A stretch of DNA of 38,430 nt from a virus (taxonomy: Duplodnaviria > Caudoviricetes): positions 1 to 38,430 of IMG/VR virus record IMGVR_UViG_3300005058_000013; one strand, given 5' to 3'. Made by a program: the position numbers and the translations under genes. The first letter of the stretch is position 1. Every line of letters starts with the position of its first letter. The notes under the pieces were generated by a model. It was not told the DNA's origin. It saw only the letters and a program-made list of their open reading frames with translations, and made no database searches. This document shows positions 25,255 to 35,456 of the stretch, one piece after another.

Positions 25255-25820
25255 TTTGGCGCCTCCTTTGGCATGACTACCTGCCCAATATCACCGGTCA
25301 TTTTCTCCCTGCGCCTACATATCCACTGACTAAGTGGTGTCAGTCCGGTCATACCGCACTCGACAAGGTTTTCAATAATAGATTGCAGTTCAACAAACGC
25401 CAGCCATGTTGATATAAATGTGTTCGGGATGCCGTCGATATTTTGACCCAGCACCGTATCCGGAATCACCCGATCAAGAAGATTAAACCCAATCAACAGA
25501 ATCAAGTAGGCAACCGCCTTGGTTTGGAATTGCCCGCGCATCGCTTCACTATTGATCTTTTTCTCAATAAAAGCCATGAAAACCCCGGACCAAATTGACC
25601 CGTGCAGATTATTGTCCGTCATGTACTTACGCCCGATCGCCAGCCACCTGGTGAACGTGTCAATCATGACCAGTGCCCCAAGTGCCAAAAATGGTGCCGA
25701 GGTGAAGTCACCGAGCAAAAAAGTAAGGCAGGAGATTGCTCCTGCCATCGCTGATTTGATTTGCCAGCAGTCTATGATTCGCTGCCAGAACACGCTAAGT
25801 TGCTGCCACAGTTCCTGCAT
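25251..25820 (-). CDS. Holin (phage holin 4-like)
   Basis: 3-4 TM segments; LV.IDT.T, KINSE.MR, VELQSIIENL...G pattern; GGAGGTG RBS. Confidence 0.8.
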   Translation of the reverse strand: MQELWQQLSVFWQRIIDCWQIKSAMAGAISCLTFLLGDFTSAPFLALGALVMIDTFTRWLAIGRKYMTDNNLHGSIWSGVFMAFIEKKINSEAMRGQFQTKAVAYLILLIGFNLLDRVIPDTVLGQNIDGIPNTFISTWLAFVELQSIIENLVECGMTGLTPLSQWICRRREKMTGDIGQVVMPKEAPK

Positions 25821-25821
25821 T

Positions 25822-26394
25822 TTACACCTCCGCCTGAGCGGCCCAACCGGCCTGCTTGCACGCTCCGATGTGCAGTGCCAGATCTTCGAGCAGCAAGTCC
25901 ATTTGATCGACGTCCAGATACAAAATGACTTTTTCTGCCTCGCCTTCTGGTACAGCCCGAATTGGGATCTTGCCTTGGTAAATTGGATGCGCTGCAAACC
26001 TGGGCGAGTGAGCGACGGCCTGCATTAATTTCAGGTTGTCCTGGTCGTTGTCGTCGCTATCATAGCGATGCGGCAATCCGGACGCCGACGACATGAATCC
26101 GCCGACGATTGCTGCGCGGGTGTTGGCATCGATCGCGGCAAGTGCAATAGCCTTATTCTTTGCGCCGATTTCCGACTGCAATCCGGCAATAAACGATTCA
26201 ACATCCGCCCAGTTTTGCGGCTGCCGGCAAACATAATGCGCGTCATTGAATTCGGCCACGACAACAGACGGGAACGCGCTGATATACGGGTAACGTTGCA
26301 CGCAGTCTGGATATTCCATGATCTCGTTCCCAGCGCCGTGAGCAGCAACAAAATCGCGGCTTGCCTTATCTAATGGGTTATGCAAAATAATCAT
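25822..26394 (-). CDS. Tail fibre assembly-like protein (DUF4376-like)
   Basis: AI.GGF.S.A.G.PH.YDSD..DQ.NL pattern; directly after the fibre gene. Confidence 0.7.
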   Translation of the reverse strand: MIILHNPLDKASRDFVAAHGAGNEIMEYPDCVQRYPYISAFPSVVVAEFNDAHYVCRQPQNWADVESFIAGLQSEIGAKNKAIALAAIDANTRAAIVGGFMSSASGLPHRYDSDDNDQDNLKLMQAVAHSPRFAAHPIYQGKIPIRAVPEGEAEKVILYLDVDQMDLLLEDLALHIGACKQAGWAAQAEV

Positions 26395-26404
26395 TCCCAA
26401 CACC

Positions 26405-27973
26405 TCACGCCGCAATTTTTACGATTCTTGTTGTTCCTGCGCCGCCATTGCCGCCGGTATAAGTGCCCTGCGACCCTCCAGCGCCACCATTGGCCCGCAC
26501 AGTTCCGCTATTCGATAAAGTCCCGGCATAGAAAATATTGACCGAACCACCACCAGAACCGCCGCCTGCGGAGTTCACGCCGCCACCACCAGCTGACCCG
26601 TCTGCCGAAATAAGCCCTGCTGCGCCGATTGTTAGGTTTCCACTTACAAACAACAATATCAAACCACCCGTTCCATTACCGGCACTGCCATATAGCCCGC
26701 CGGGGTTCCCTGCGCCGCCGCCAGCTGTGCTATCAGTTCCGTTACCACCAGCGCCGCCATAAGCAGCCCCAGAACTTCCCGTACCGATATAAGCGCCACC
26801 ACCAGCAGAACCGCCAGAATACGAAGTCCCTGCCGTACCGCTGCCGCCCCCGCTGCCGCTTGGGTGAACCAATCCACTGCCGCCGCCGCCGGTTTGACCA
26901 TTTGCTCCGGCAGTTCCATTTGTTTTTGTCCACGAAGATGTGGTTCCGGCCCCGCCGGCGCCTCCGACAGCCGGGATTGGATACGCTTGCAGGTAGCTAT
27001 CATCCGGGTTGGTTGCATGAGGAATAAACCGATTGACTTGGCAGTCATCGCCTCCCGCATAAGCCCCGCGCGCGGTCATGGTCAATGTTCCGTTTATTTC
27101 GCAATCGCCGGTTGCATAGATAGCCAATCCTTTGCAACGCGCAGCAGGAACGACCGTCACCCCGCTATTGATTACCAAATCAGTATAGTTTTTGATAATC
27201 GCCGGCCCGTCCCACTTGCAGCAAGTAGCATCCGCATTGATCTCTGCGGTTTCAGCAACATCCGCATTTGTTTTGGAAAATGTGAACGTCTTTGCCCCGG
27301 TTACTGTGATTGTGTAATAATGGGTTCCCGCCGAGAAAGAGCCGGTTGCCGGAGGAACGGTATTATTGAGCGCAGATAAAGTGCATTGCTGAATCGAAAC
27401 TTTATCGCTTGTGCTGAATCCGTGGTCAGTTTTTGTCGTGATTGTCACGACGTTTGACGCTACCGCATATTTATCGATTGCCGCATGACCGAGGTAAGTT
27501 GTTGCAGCAAAGGTTTTGGCACCATCGATACCGCTGCCGAAATAGTTGGCTCCATTTCCTGCGCCACCGCTACCACGCCCCTGCATTACCAATCTGCCAG
27601 AAGCAGTGCAGACGCCGATAAATGTAGCCGTTTCGGTCGTGCCGAGCGTCCCATCTGGCTGGCAGTAATAGGCCGTGTTATCGGCCAGCGTGTCATCCAG
27701 ATATACGCCTGCGACTCGCACGCCGCCAGATGTATCCGGCGACCCTACATACTCGACAATACCGATCATGGTCGTGGCTTCCGGCGCTACAGTGCCGTCG
27801 TAGAGTTCCCACCGGCTATTCGCAGTTGACCACGTGACTATTTTCCCACGCGTTAGGCCGGTGATCAGCACAGCAGCATCGTTCAGCGCCCGGTTGAGTT
27901 TGTCGTTTTCCCATATCTGTGAAAGCATCAAAGCGAAGTTGTCACCGCCGGCAGGCGTTTCTGTTTTAAACAT
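26405..27973 (-). CDS. Gly-rich tail fibre/receptor-binding protein
   Basis: 522 aa; YFGSG.DG, YT.L.INSGVT, ING.L.M.ARG and GGGSGGGS.....A repeats; inserted beta domain VTITT...HGF.T.D.V.I. Confidence 0.75.
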   Translation of the reverse strand: MFKTETPAGGDNFALMLSQIWENDKLNRALNDAAVLITGLTRGKIVTWSTANSRWELYDGTVAPEATTMIGIVEYVGSPDTSGGVRVAGVYLDDTLADNTAYYCQPDGTLGTTETATFIGVCTASGRLVMQGRGSGGAGNGANYFGSGIDGAKTFAATTYLGHAAIDKYAVASNVVTITTKTDHGFSTSDKVSIQQCTLSALNNTVPPATGSFSAGTHYYTITVTGAKTFTFSKTNADVAETAEINADATCCKWDGPAIIKNYTDLVINSGVTVVPAARCKGLAIYATGDCEINGTLTMTARGAYAGGDDCQVNRFIPHATNPDDSYLQAYPIPAVGGAGGAGTTSSWTKTNGTAGANGQTGGGGSGLVHPSGSGGGSGTAGTSYSGGSAGGGAYIGTGSSGAAYGGAGGNGTDSTAGGGAGNPGGLYGSAGNGTGGLILLFVSGNLTIGAAGLISADGSAGGGGVNSAGGGSGGGSVNIFYAGTLSNSGTVRANGGAGGSQGTYTGGNGGAGTTRIVKIAA

Positions 27974-27986
27974 TCATGTCCCTCCT

Positions 27987-30900
27987 TTAAAACCCGTTGA
28001 TGATTACGTCGGCGGTTTCCCCGTCAACATGGCTGCCGCTTTGTTTTAACTTCAACGTAGCATTCGAGCGTGTTACGCTGATTTTGTCTGCAGTCAGGTC
28101 TGCTCCGTTCGGCGACACGATAAATGCCGGTTCATTGACAAACGGCTGTGGGAACTCAAAGGTATAGCCGGCAAGTGGAATAACCATGTCGCGCCATGAA
28201 TATGTCTGCATTGGTGCTGTGATATGGACATTGCAAGTCCGCAGCGCACCAGGTCGGCTCTGCCCATTAATGGATCCGCGCAGTTTGATATAACGAGCAT
28301 TTACCTGCCCTGTCGGCAGCAGTTTCCAATCCGAGTATGTGACATCATCGGTACTTGTCTGAATTTCATAGATTGTCGGCTTATCAGGCACAACGTCCCA
28401 AACTTCTTCGATGGCAATTTGCACGCTGGCCACCTTGCCGATATCGATTGCCGAACCTTCGAATATGACTGTTCCGGCGCCAAGCCCCAACAGCTGTGTA
28501 AACGTCATGTCCGCCATGTCACTGTAAACCATGTCTTTCAGCACGTTGTAATTCAGCGTCGAGTCTTGGTAGATAACACCCTCAACTCGCTGTCCGGACC
28601 CGCTGACCGTTGCCGATTCTTCAAAGTTAACCTGGTCAATTACAGCATATTTTTGCGGTAAGGAATCGATGGATATTGTATCTGATACCGGCGTCAATGC
28701 GTAGCCAAACCCATTGTACGGGCATGCCCAGTAACGCACCGTCCCGATCATGGCCGGCACCGCAGCGGAGTCTTTTGCATCGCCGGTTATTTTTGCCGCG
28801 ACCTGGCCGCTCTCCCAAGTATCACCGCGGCGATATTCGACGCCATCAGCATTTATTCCGCCGGATTTGGCGCAGGTCAAAAGCACTTGGTCACCGCTAA
28901 TTGATGCCGACAGATACTCGAGAGATTCCGGCACATAAGCTGAGTTGTCGATTGTTATCGATGATTGTCCTGTCGCAATGAGCCCGCCGAACGCGTCAAC
29001 GATATCGACCTTGATAAACCATGTCGCATTGGCATTCAGCGTGATGATAGTCCCGATTAGGTCGCCTATTCCGACATCGGTAATTCGCGCAAACGCCCCT
29101 GCTGTTTTCCCCGCGTAAATGATTGCTTTTGCGTTTCGGCTATCCCTTGGCCAGATCCACGACACGGATATTCTGCCCGTTCCGTCTGCCGGACGAGGAA
29201 GAGTTTCGTTTACGGTGACTACCAGAGGTTTCACCGCATAGTCGCCATAATTGACCACCGGTGCATCAAGCGACTCCTCATATATCGCCTCAACATATTC
29301 AATTGCCGATATCGTTGCGCGTTTATCATCATCTCTTTCGACATCAATGACGATAAATGGTTTGGCGATCTTATTGATCGGGCCAAACGAATACAGGTCG
29401 TGTTCTTGCGGCACGCTTTCAAAAGCACTAGCGACTGTTATAGTGTCGGTTTCACCAGGTTGCGTGACGACTGGCTTGGTAACTAAGGTATCATTGCTCA
29501 ACCGCACGATTACCCCGTATGATTCACCCTCAACCATAGCAACCTTTCGGTCTAGTTTCAGCGTAAGCGTCGCTGCTTCCTTTATGCGACCTCCCTCACC
29601 CCACCGCGGCACATCATGCTGCACCAACACCTGGTCGCCGTACTGGCAGCCAATAGCGTCAATGTCAGCTTTTAGAGTGATGGTTCTAAGGATAAGCTTG
29701 TTCACCCGAAGCAGATATTTACCGTGCTGATAAGCTTGCGCGTAGGATACACATCCCGCAAGGGTGATCTGGGTTGGACTCTTAATCACTCCGTCGATAT
29801 CATAGTCTTCGGAATAGACGACAAATGTATCTTTAGTGTAGTTTTTCGCCGCATTCACAAACGAAATTTCGACTGCGTTCGCCCGATCGGTGATTGGCAA
29901 AATATCCTTGGAATAGCCTTCGTTGGCGATATTGCCAACCGTGAACAGCTGCACCGGAACCCCCGGCTTGTCACAAGTGCATCCGAATTTGGTCCCGCGC
30001 TGGATAACCTTGCCGCGCCCGAATAGTTCGGGAATCTTAAGCGCGTCCCAAAGATCAGTCGCTTCGGTGAAGATATGGTTGAAGGAAATCCCCAACGAAT
30101 CGCAATGGTCAGCCCATGATTCAAAATCGGCAAAAATAAATCGTGATGCGGCGATGTTTCCGACAACATATTCCATCAACCCTGTGTTGATGTTTTTCAG
30201 TCGCCGACAACCATGAAGCATATCATAGGCAACCCAGGCAGGATTCGTCGCTGGCTTGCTAACATAAGCAGATCCGTTCCAAACCGGCACCGTCGACCTG
30301 GTCTGCAACCATGTCACATTAATTGAGCTGCCCGACAGCTGGGATGTTGCAAGAGCTTTGATACCAACTAAAATCTTCCCCGGCCGGATAAAATCGTCAT
30401 ATATGATTGTGGTTACCTGCGTCCAGAATAATCTCGTCGAAAATCTCGTGCTGGTCCCGCTTTTGGCGGTGCATTGGGCGCGAACTTCATATTGTCCGGG
30501 CGCAAGATTATCGAGTCGTTGGACGCTTCGAACCGCTGACGATTCAGCTCCGCTGATCGTGAACGTGCCCCAATCTTGCCATGCTCCGCCGGCTAGCCGG
30601 TACTGCAGCTGATATGTCACCGATGCCGTAGCCAGGCTCGAATCATCGTTCATATAGTAAAGCCCGTTCGAGCATTCCAGCGTCATTTCAAGCCCTTGGG
30701 TTGCATTGCCGCCGGTCAGTTGCGTGGAATATCCACCGGATAATTCGAGTTCGTATGCCAACCCTTCGTCAGCAAAAGAATCATTAAAGTTGGCAATTAC
30801 CGTTTGATCGTTTGTTCCGAGCCGAGTTTCAACAACAACCCCGTCATAATTGCCAATCGGATTGTCATTGATCCGGATGTCAGATATCGAATCGATAGGG

Positions 30901-31592
30901 CCTTCTCCGCCGGTCAGCAGGATGTTAAGATATTGATTCTTCCCGTCGGTCGTGACATGCCGGGAAAGAATCGTCCCGCTGGTTTTCATGGTTCCGTAAG
31001 TTTTGGCCAGTGCGCCGCCTTGCTCAGTTTGTGAATCAATATTCCCCCATGTATATAGAGGATCAGACTGCTTTATATCGATCGTTGTATCGGCGGTCTG
31101 CGGCGGGCAGAGCATGTTGATTAACGCGCCGCCGATCAGCATGACCGCGGCTTGGATAACACCGGCCATAAAACTACCGGCTGTTGCGCCTAGAAACCCT
31201 ACCGTTCCGGCTTCGCCATACAGCCCTCCGGTAAACACCATCAGCCCAACGGTGAGAATTGTGCTTAAAATGTTTTTCCCGACCACCGGGCAAATCGTAA
31301 TGAAATCTCCATTGTTGGGAACCGTATCACCATCGACTACTTTTCCGTTCAACCCATAAACAAAATCGATTTCCGGATCTGCGTAAGGCGCGCAGTACTC
31401 AGAAATCGACTTGCCGGCCCGATGTTCAATGCGATGCGTTTCCCTGCCTTCGCAATTGAATGGGTTTTTCTTGATGGTCAGAGTAATATATTGATGCTTA
31501 TAAGCGCATATTGCTTTTTTTTGGGGGGAGCGCTGTTTTTTTTCAAGGCGCTTTGTCTTCCTGTTTTTGTAATGGCCATCATTTCTTCCCAT
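27987..31592 (-). CDS. Tail tip/central fibre protein (lambda gpI+gpJ-like fusion)
   Basis: 1201 aa; KNPF, ubiquitin-like N-domain then hydrophobic helix, YG, GEGPIDSI, G..DQ, AL.QLSG, NPAW..YD, GD.V.VQHD.P.WG.GGRI. Confidence 0.9.
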   Translation of the reverse strand: MGRNDGHYKNRKTKRLEKKQRSPQKKAICAYKHQYITLTIKKNPFNCEGRETHRIEHRAGKSISEYCAPYADPEIDFVYGLNGKVVDGDTVPNNGDFITICPVVGKNILSTILTVGLMVFTGGLYGEAGTVGFLGATAGSFMAGVIQAAVMLIGGALINMLCPPQTADTTIDIKQSDPLYTWGNIDSQTEQGGALAKTYGTMKTSGTILSRHVTTDGKNQYLNILLTGGEGPIDSISDIRINDNPIGNYDGVVVETRLGTNDQTVIANFNDSFADEGLAYELELSGGYSTQLTGGNATQGLEMTLECSNGLYYMNDDSSLATASVTYQLQYRLAGGAWQDWGTFTISGAESSAVRSVQRLDNLAPGQYEVRAQCTAKSGTSTRFSTRLFWTQVTTIIYDDFIRPGKILVGIKALATSQLSGSSINVTWLQTRSTVPVWNGSAYVSKPATNPAWVAYDMLHGCRRLKNINTGLMEYVVGNIAASRFIFADFESWADHCDSLGISFNHIFTEATDLWDALKIPELFGRGKVIQRGTKFGCTCDKPGVPVQLFTVGNIANEGYSKDILPITDRANAVEISFVNAAKNYTKDTFVVYSEDYDIDGVIKSPTQITLAGCVSYAQAYQHGKYLLRVNKLILRTITLKADIDAIGCQYGDQVLVQHDVPRWGEGGRIKEAATLTLKLDRKVAMVEGESYGVIVRLSNDTLVTKPVVTQPGETDTITVASAFESVPQEHDLYSFGPINKIAKPFIVIDVERDDDKRATISAIEYVEAIYEESLDAPVVNYGDYAVKPLVVTVNETLPRPADGTGRISVSWIWPRDSRNAKAIIYAGKTAGAFARITDVGIGDLIGTIITLNANATWFIKVDIVDAFGGLIATGQSSITIDNSAYVPESLEYLSASISGDQVLLTCAKSGGINADGVEYRRGDTWESGQVAAKITGDAKDSAAVPAMIGTVRYWACPYNGFGYALTPVSDTISIDSLPQKYAVIDQVNFEESATVSGSGQRVEGVIYQDSTLNYNVLKDMVYSDMADMTFTQLLGLGAGTVIFEGSAIDIGKVASVQIAIEEVWDVVPDKPTIYEIQTSTDDVTYSDWKLLPTGQVNARYIKLRGSINGQSRPGALRTCNVHITAPMQTYSWRDMVIPLAGYTFEFPQPFVNEPAFIVSPNGADLTADKISVTRSNATLKLKQSGSHVDGETADVIINGF

Positions 31593-31595
31593 GTT

Positions 31596-31979
31596 TCACC
31601 ACCCCGGCTTATAGTAGCCTTCAATCCTTTTTCGCCAGTTTGGGTCGTCAATTCTGGCAATATTGGCGCCGATCTTGTCGCGCGTATGCATGAATTTCCC
31701 CTCGCCGATATAGACGCCAACATGATTGATAAACGCCACTCCCATTTTCATGACTACCAGGCAGGGGATGGTCGGCGCTTCGATTTTCAGCCATGCCGGG
31801 CGCTGCGTCTCCATCTCCTGGTTGATTCGCGGCGCGTCTTCGCAGCATATCTTGTAATCTGGAAGCTCTTTGCCGAACCGGCGATATACTTCGCTGGCCA
31901 GGCCCCAACAGTCGTATCCATCCGGACCACGTCCGCCGTCGACAAAAGGCTTGCCAATCAGGTCAGCTATTTGATGCAT
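31596..31979 (-). CDS. NlpC/P60 tail tip protein (lambda gpK-like)
   Basis: LIGKPF.DGGRGPD.YDCWGL...HVGVYIG.GKF.H; GGAGG RBS. Confidence 0.9.
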   Translation of the reverse strand: MHQIADLIGKPFVDGGRGPDGYDCWGLASEVYRRFGKELPDYKICCEDAPRINQEMETQRPAWLKIEAPTIPCLVVMKMGVAFINHVGVYIGEGKFMHTRDKIGANIARIDDPNWRKRIEGYYKPGW

Positions 31980-32613
31980 AGATACCTCCATAACCAATGG
32001 CCGGCTCTCCGCCAAATCTCACCGAATTTCCACGTTCCCGGCAGCCAAGCAATGTTCGCGGGCACGACGTAAAGCTAGATCCGGAATATCCGCACTCGAT
32101 CTTGCCAAACTCGAACGGGCAAAAATCTTTCAGGATCCGCCGAATCGGGAATCGCTGCATAACCGGCAGCGCTCCGCCTAGGTTGAACGTCGCCCATACT
32201 GCATCCGAGGAAACCGAATGGACGGCAAATGTTTCTTCAACTACAGCGTCTGTTGTGACCACAATATTCCCGTTTTCATCCTCGGTAGCCCCGGCAGTAT
32301 TGATGATTCGCAATATTCCAGTATCACCGATAAATCCGTCATACTGCTCAATATATTGCTCAATCACGCCGGATATGTTGCTGATTTTCACAGGAACCTT
32401 CGGCAGCTCGGTCTTTGATTGCTTGACGGACGGAATGTCAAAGGGGAATGCGATCCACTCACGACCGCCCCAGATAACGTTCCTGTTCGAGCAGACGAGA
32501 GGGATGCTGCCGCCATCAACACGACTGTCTTGAATCTCCAGAAGCGTCAACCATGCCGATTGCTGCCAAACTTTGTTCTTTTCAAGAATTGCGGCCATTG
32601 CCAACGGCAACAT
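31963..32613 (-). CDS. Minor tail protein (lambda gpL-like)
   Basis: W.G..W.AFPF, P.....ISN, C-terminal C.F.F...CGY....C.RTL..C....N..RFGG Cys motif. Confidence 0.85.
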   Translation of the reverse strand: MLPLAMAAILEKNKVWQQSAWLTLLEIQDSRVDGGSIPLVCSNRNVIWGGREWIAFPFDIPSVKQSKTELPKVPVKISNISGVIEQYIEQYDGFIGDTGILRIINTAGATEDENGNIVVTTDAVVEETFAVHSVSSDAVWATFNLGGALPVMQRFPIRRILKDFCPFEFGKIECGYSGSSFTSCPRTLLGCRERGNSVRFGGEPAIGYGGIYASNS

Positions 32614-32615
32614 GA

Positions 32616-32954
32616 TTATGCCTCCTCAAATGTACACTGGACGTGCCACTTACCACCAACGTAAGTTCTTTTGGGCGGTTCCAAAAAAGTCACCTTTTTT
32701 GTCACGCTACGGGTACGCGTGTAATAGGTGAAGTTAAACGGCAGCGCAGTATTATCTGCGTAAAAGCCCATAAGCGATTCATAGTCATCCTCATTCAGAT
32801 GCCAAGTGAACGGCCCCATGGACTTTTCACGCATTGTGGGAAACCGCAGCCGCTTAATAACAACGCCGTTTGTCTGGTCCGACCGAAGAACATTATCTTC
32901 CTGGAGCAATTCAAACGGAACAATCGGTCGTTGAGCTATTGGCCAAATATTCAT
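32616..32954 (-). CDS. Distal tail protein (lambda gpM-like)
   Basis: 112 aa after TMP; V.RS....G....R.RF, F.W, L..FY, V.F..PP, terminal FEEA. Confidence 0.7.
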   Translation of the reverse strand: MNIWPIAQRPIVPFELLQEDNVLRSDQTNGVVIKRLRFPTMREKSMGPFTWHLNEDDYESLMGFYADNTALPFNFTYYTRTRSVTKKVTFLEPPKRTYVGGKWHVQCTFEEA

Positions 32955-35446
32955 GATGTCCTCGCCAACCCTTTTATCATCGTTCTTGTTCCCATCACAT
33001 CGCGATGAGCAGCATCCAGGAACACTGTAATAATCCTTTTATCAAGGTCAAACGAGGTCGAAACCGACGGGGTCGCTTGCACCCCTGTATTGTTTATGAC
33101 ATTGACCTCTACAGGCAGATTGTTCCCAGCGGCGCCCGCCATGGCCGCCCGTGCATCAGGTAGGATTGTCCCGCTCGTCGTCGGCACAAAGATTTCCGGC
33201 CTCTGTTCCCCAACAAGATATGCTCGCCCTGCATCAACGGGTCCGCCGCTGGCGCGTGGAATAAAAGAGTATGTTTTGTCACCTAGTCCCGACCCACTGA
33301 TACCGCTGCTACCAGCTGCGCCGCCAACACCACCAAACAAGCTGCCGATAATGCTATCCACGATGTTGGTCACTTTGTTAATCGTCAGCAGTTTCTCAAT
33401 TACCTTCTGAACAAAGTCGGTCCATAGTTGCTGCATGATATCCTGCCCGGTCGAAGTTCCGGTGATCATGTCGGCGATCATCTTCGAATACTCGGATGCT
33501 GTTTGCCGCTGAAGTTCCGCCTTTTGCTCTTCCAGCCGGTTGGCAGCTTTCAACGAGTCGGCATTGTATTTTGATTCGAGAAGCTCTTTTTCCGCCAACA
33601 AGGCTTTCATTGCAGCCTTTTCTTCCTCGTTGCCAGTTTTTTGCAAAGCTATTCTTTTGTTAATTGCATCAAGATTGTTTTGGTACGATTTGTCCAACAA
33701 TCTCTTCTCTTCCGCGGCATTCCTTTCCAGTTGGTTTTCAGTCATTCCGATGGCGCCAATCGCCTGCATGCGCTGCTGGTGGCGGACCTGCTCCTGCTCA
33801 ATTGCAATTTCGGCCGCTCTAAGCTGCTGCAGTTGGCTAATAATGGCCAATGATCTGGATTTTTGCTTGTTATACTGTTCATCTTCGAGGGATATGAGCT
33901 GACGTTTCAACGATAAGTTCTTTTCTGACCCCTCTGTAGTTTGCACGATTTCATCTCTCAGATGCTGCATCTTTTTTTCATAGTATGCGTTTTCAGTGAT
34001 GGTGTTCTGCGCAAACTCCAACTCCGTGGCCGCCCGCCGTTCGGCGATCAATGCTAATTCAGCTTGCCGCATCAAGCTCTTTAGGTCATAAATGCCGCGC
34101 TCTTTTGACAGGCGCTCATCTTCACCGACGTTGATCGCTTCAAGTCCGGCCAGCTGCTCTTTCAGCAAATCGCGAAACTGTGTTTGGCTGATTTGGCCAA
34201 GTTCAATCTGCCGAGCCCAGATATCTTTATAAGCAGCCAGGTTGTCGAGGTATTTCTCAAGTTCTGTTTTTGCAGAGCCGCCGGCATTGCCGTCATAAGT
34301 AATTCCTTGACTTTTTTCAGATGACGTTACAGGAACCTTGTCAGACATTGCGCCAAATTTTTTCACTTCCCGATCATGCTCTTCTGGGCTGATTGTCAAC
34401 CCCCGCATCCGGTTTAACTGCGCAATGTTATATTCGCGCAATCGTTGCCCTGCCAAAAATATTGCGCCAGCTAATGCAATCCATGGCGCAGCCGCCGGTA
34501 TTGCCGCAGCTAATTTGACCGCTCCAAACGCTGCGGCAACAGCGCCCAGTGCTCCAGTAACCTTTGTGACAGCGTAAGAAAGAATTCCTACTTCAGCTGC
34601 ATATTGAACAATTCCAATAATGTTTTTTCTCGTTCCGGCGTCTAAGCTGACAAAAGCCTTTGTGGCATCCTGCACCGCAGAAAGCAATTCCTTCAATTTC
34701 GGCATCAGTTCATTGCCTACGGTAATTCCGATCGCGGTCAGCGTTCCCTTGGCTCCGCTGACATCACGCGAAAACTTTTCCCATGCGGCGGCCTGCTCAC
34801 TGGACATCACTAACCCGAGAGCACGGCCCTTTTCAATAACGGCCTGCATTTCAGTTTCAGTCATATTCAGCATGTCGTGCATGGCGGCGCCGGATCTGCC
34901 GAACAGTTCCATTTCCATGGCGGTCTTTTGCAGGCCGTCAGGGAGCTCCATAATCGCATTTTTAACTTCGCTGTACAGTTCGGCTGTATCTTTTAGAGTG
35001 CCATCTGACTTGGTCAGGGTAATGCCTAGCCGTGAATATACATCGGTGGACTTCTTGCCCTGGGCAGCGGCATCTGCTTGTGCCTGCGCCGCCGTGTGCG
35101 CGCTGCGGGCAAGCTTGGCAAACATGCCGCCTGCCTCTTCGACGCCAATATTAACCCGCTTCGCGATCAGCAGCAACTCCGAAGATTTTTCGCCAGCCAG
35201 CCCAGTTTTATCACTTAGGTCGTCGACGGCGTTGCCCCAATTCATGGCAGATTTTATTGCAGTCGCGCTAAAGGTTGCAAACGCAGCGCCAACTATCGTC
35301 AGCGTTTTCCCTACCCCTTCGAGGTTTTTCGATACCTTGGCGGCTGTAGATTCTGTTTTGCTTTGCATCTGATCCAGCTTGGTTATGTAGTCAGACAGGT
35401 CTGCTTTTATCGCTACAATCAAGCCATCAATGTTTTCATCGGCCAT
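32951..35446 (-). CDS. Tail tape measure protein
   Basis: Long helical protein between chaperone and Dit; AMELFGRSG, TM-like segment, C-terminal RASGGPV..G..YLVGE.RPE.FVP; ATG 35446 after GAGGTG. Confidence 0.92.
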   Translation of the reverse strand: MADENIDGLIVAIKADLSDYITKLDQMQSKTESTAAKVSKNLEGVGKTLTIVGAAFATFSATAIKSAMNWGNAVDDLSDKTGLAGEKSSELLLIAKRVNIGVEEAGGMFAKLARSAHTAAQAQADAAAQGKKSTDVYSRLGITLTKSDGTLKDTAELYSEVKNAIMELPDGLQKTAMEMELFGRSGAAMHDMLNMTETEMQAVIEKGRALGLVMSSEQAAAWEKFSRDVSGAKGTLTAIGITVGNELMPKLKELLSAVQDATKAFVSLDAGTRKNIIGIVQYAAEVGILSYAVTKVTGALGAVAAAFGAVKLAAAIPAAAPWIALAGAIFLAGQRLREYNIAQLNRMRGLTISPEEHDREVKKFGAMSDKVPVTSSEKSQGITYDGNAGGSAKTELEKYLDNLAAYKDIWARQIELGQISQTQFRDLLKEQLAGLEAINVGEDERLSKERGIYDLKSLMRQAELALIAERRAATELEFAQNTITENAYYEKKMQHLRDEIVQTTEGSEKNLSLKRQLISLEDEQYNKQKSRSLAIISQLQQLRAAEIAIEQEQVRHQQRMQAIGAIGMTENQLERNAAEEKRLLDKSYQNNLDAINKRIALQKTGNEEEKAAMKALLAEKELLESKYNADSLKAANRLEEQKAELQRQTASEYSKMIADMITGTSTGQDIMQQLWTDFVQKVIEKLLTINKVTNIVDSIIGSLFGGVGGAAGSSGISGSGLGDKTYSFIPRASGGPVDAGRAYLVGEQRPEIFVPTTSGTILPDARAAMAGAAGNNLPVEVNVINNTGVQATPSVSTSFDLDKRIITVFLDAAHRDVMGTRTMIKGLARTS

Positions 35447-35456
35447 GCTGGTCACC

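Noticed and set aside
26405..26960. GCC/CCG-rich low-complexity repeats
   Set aside because: Explained by Gly codons of the tail fibre
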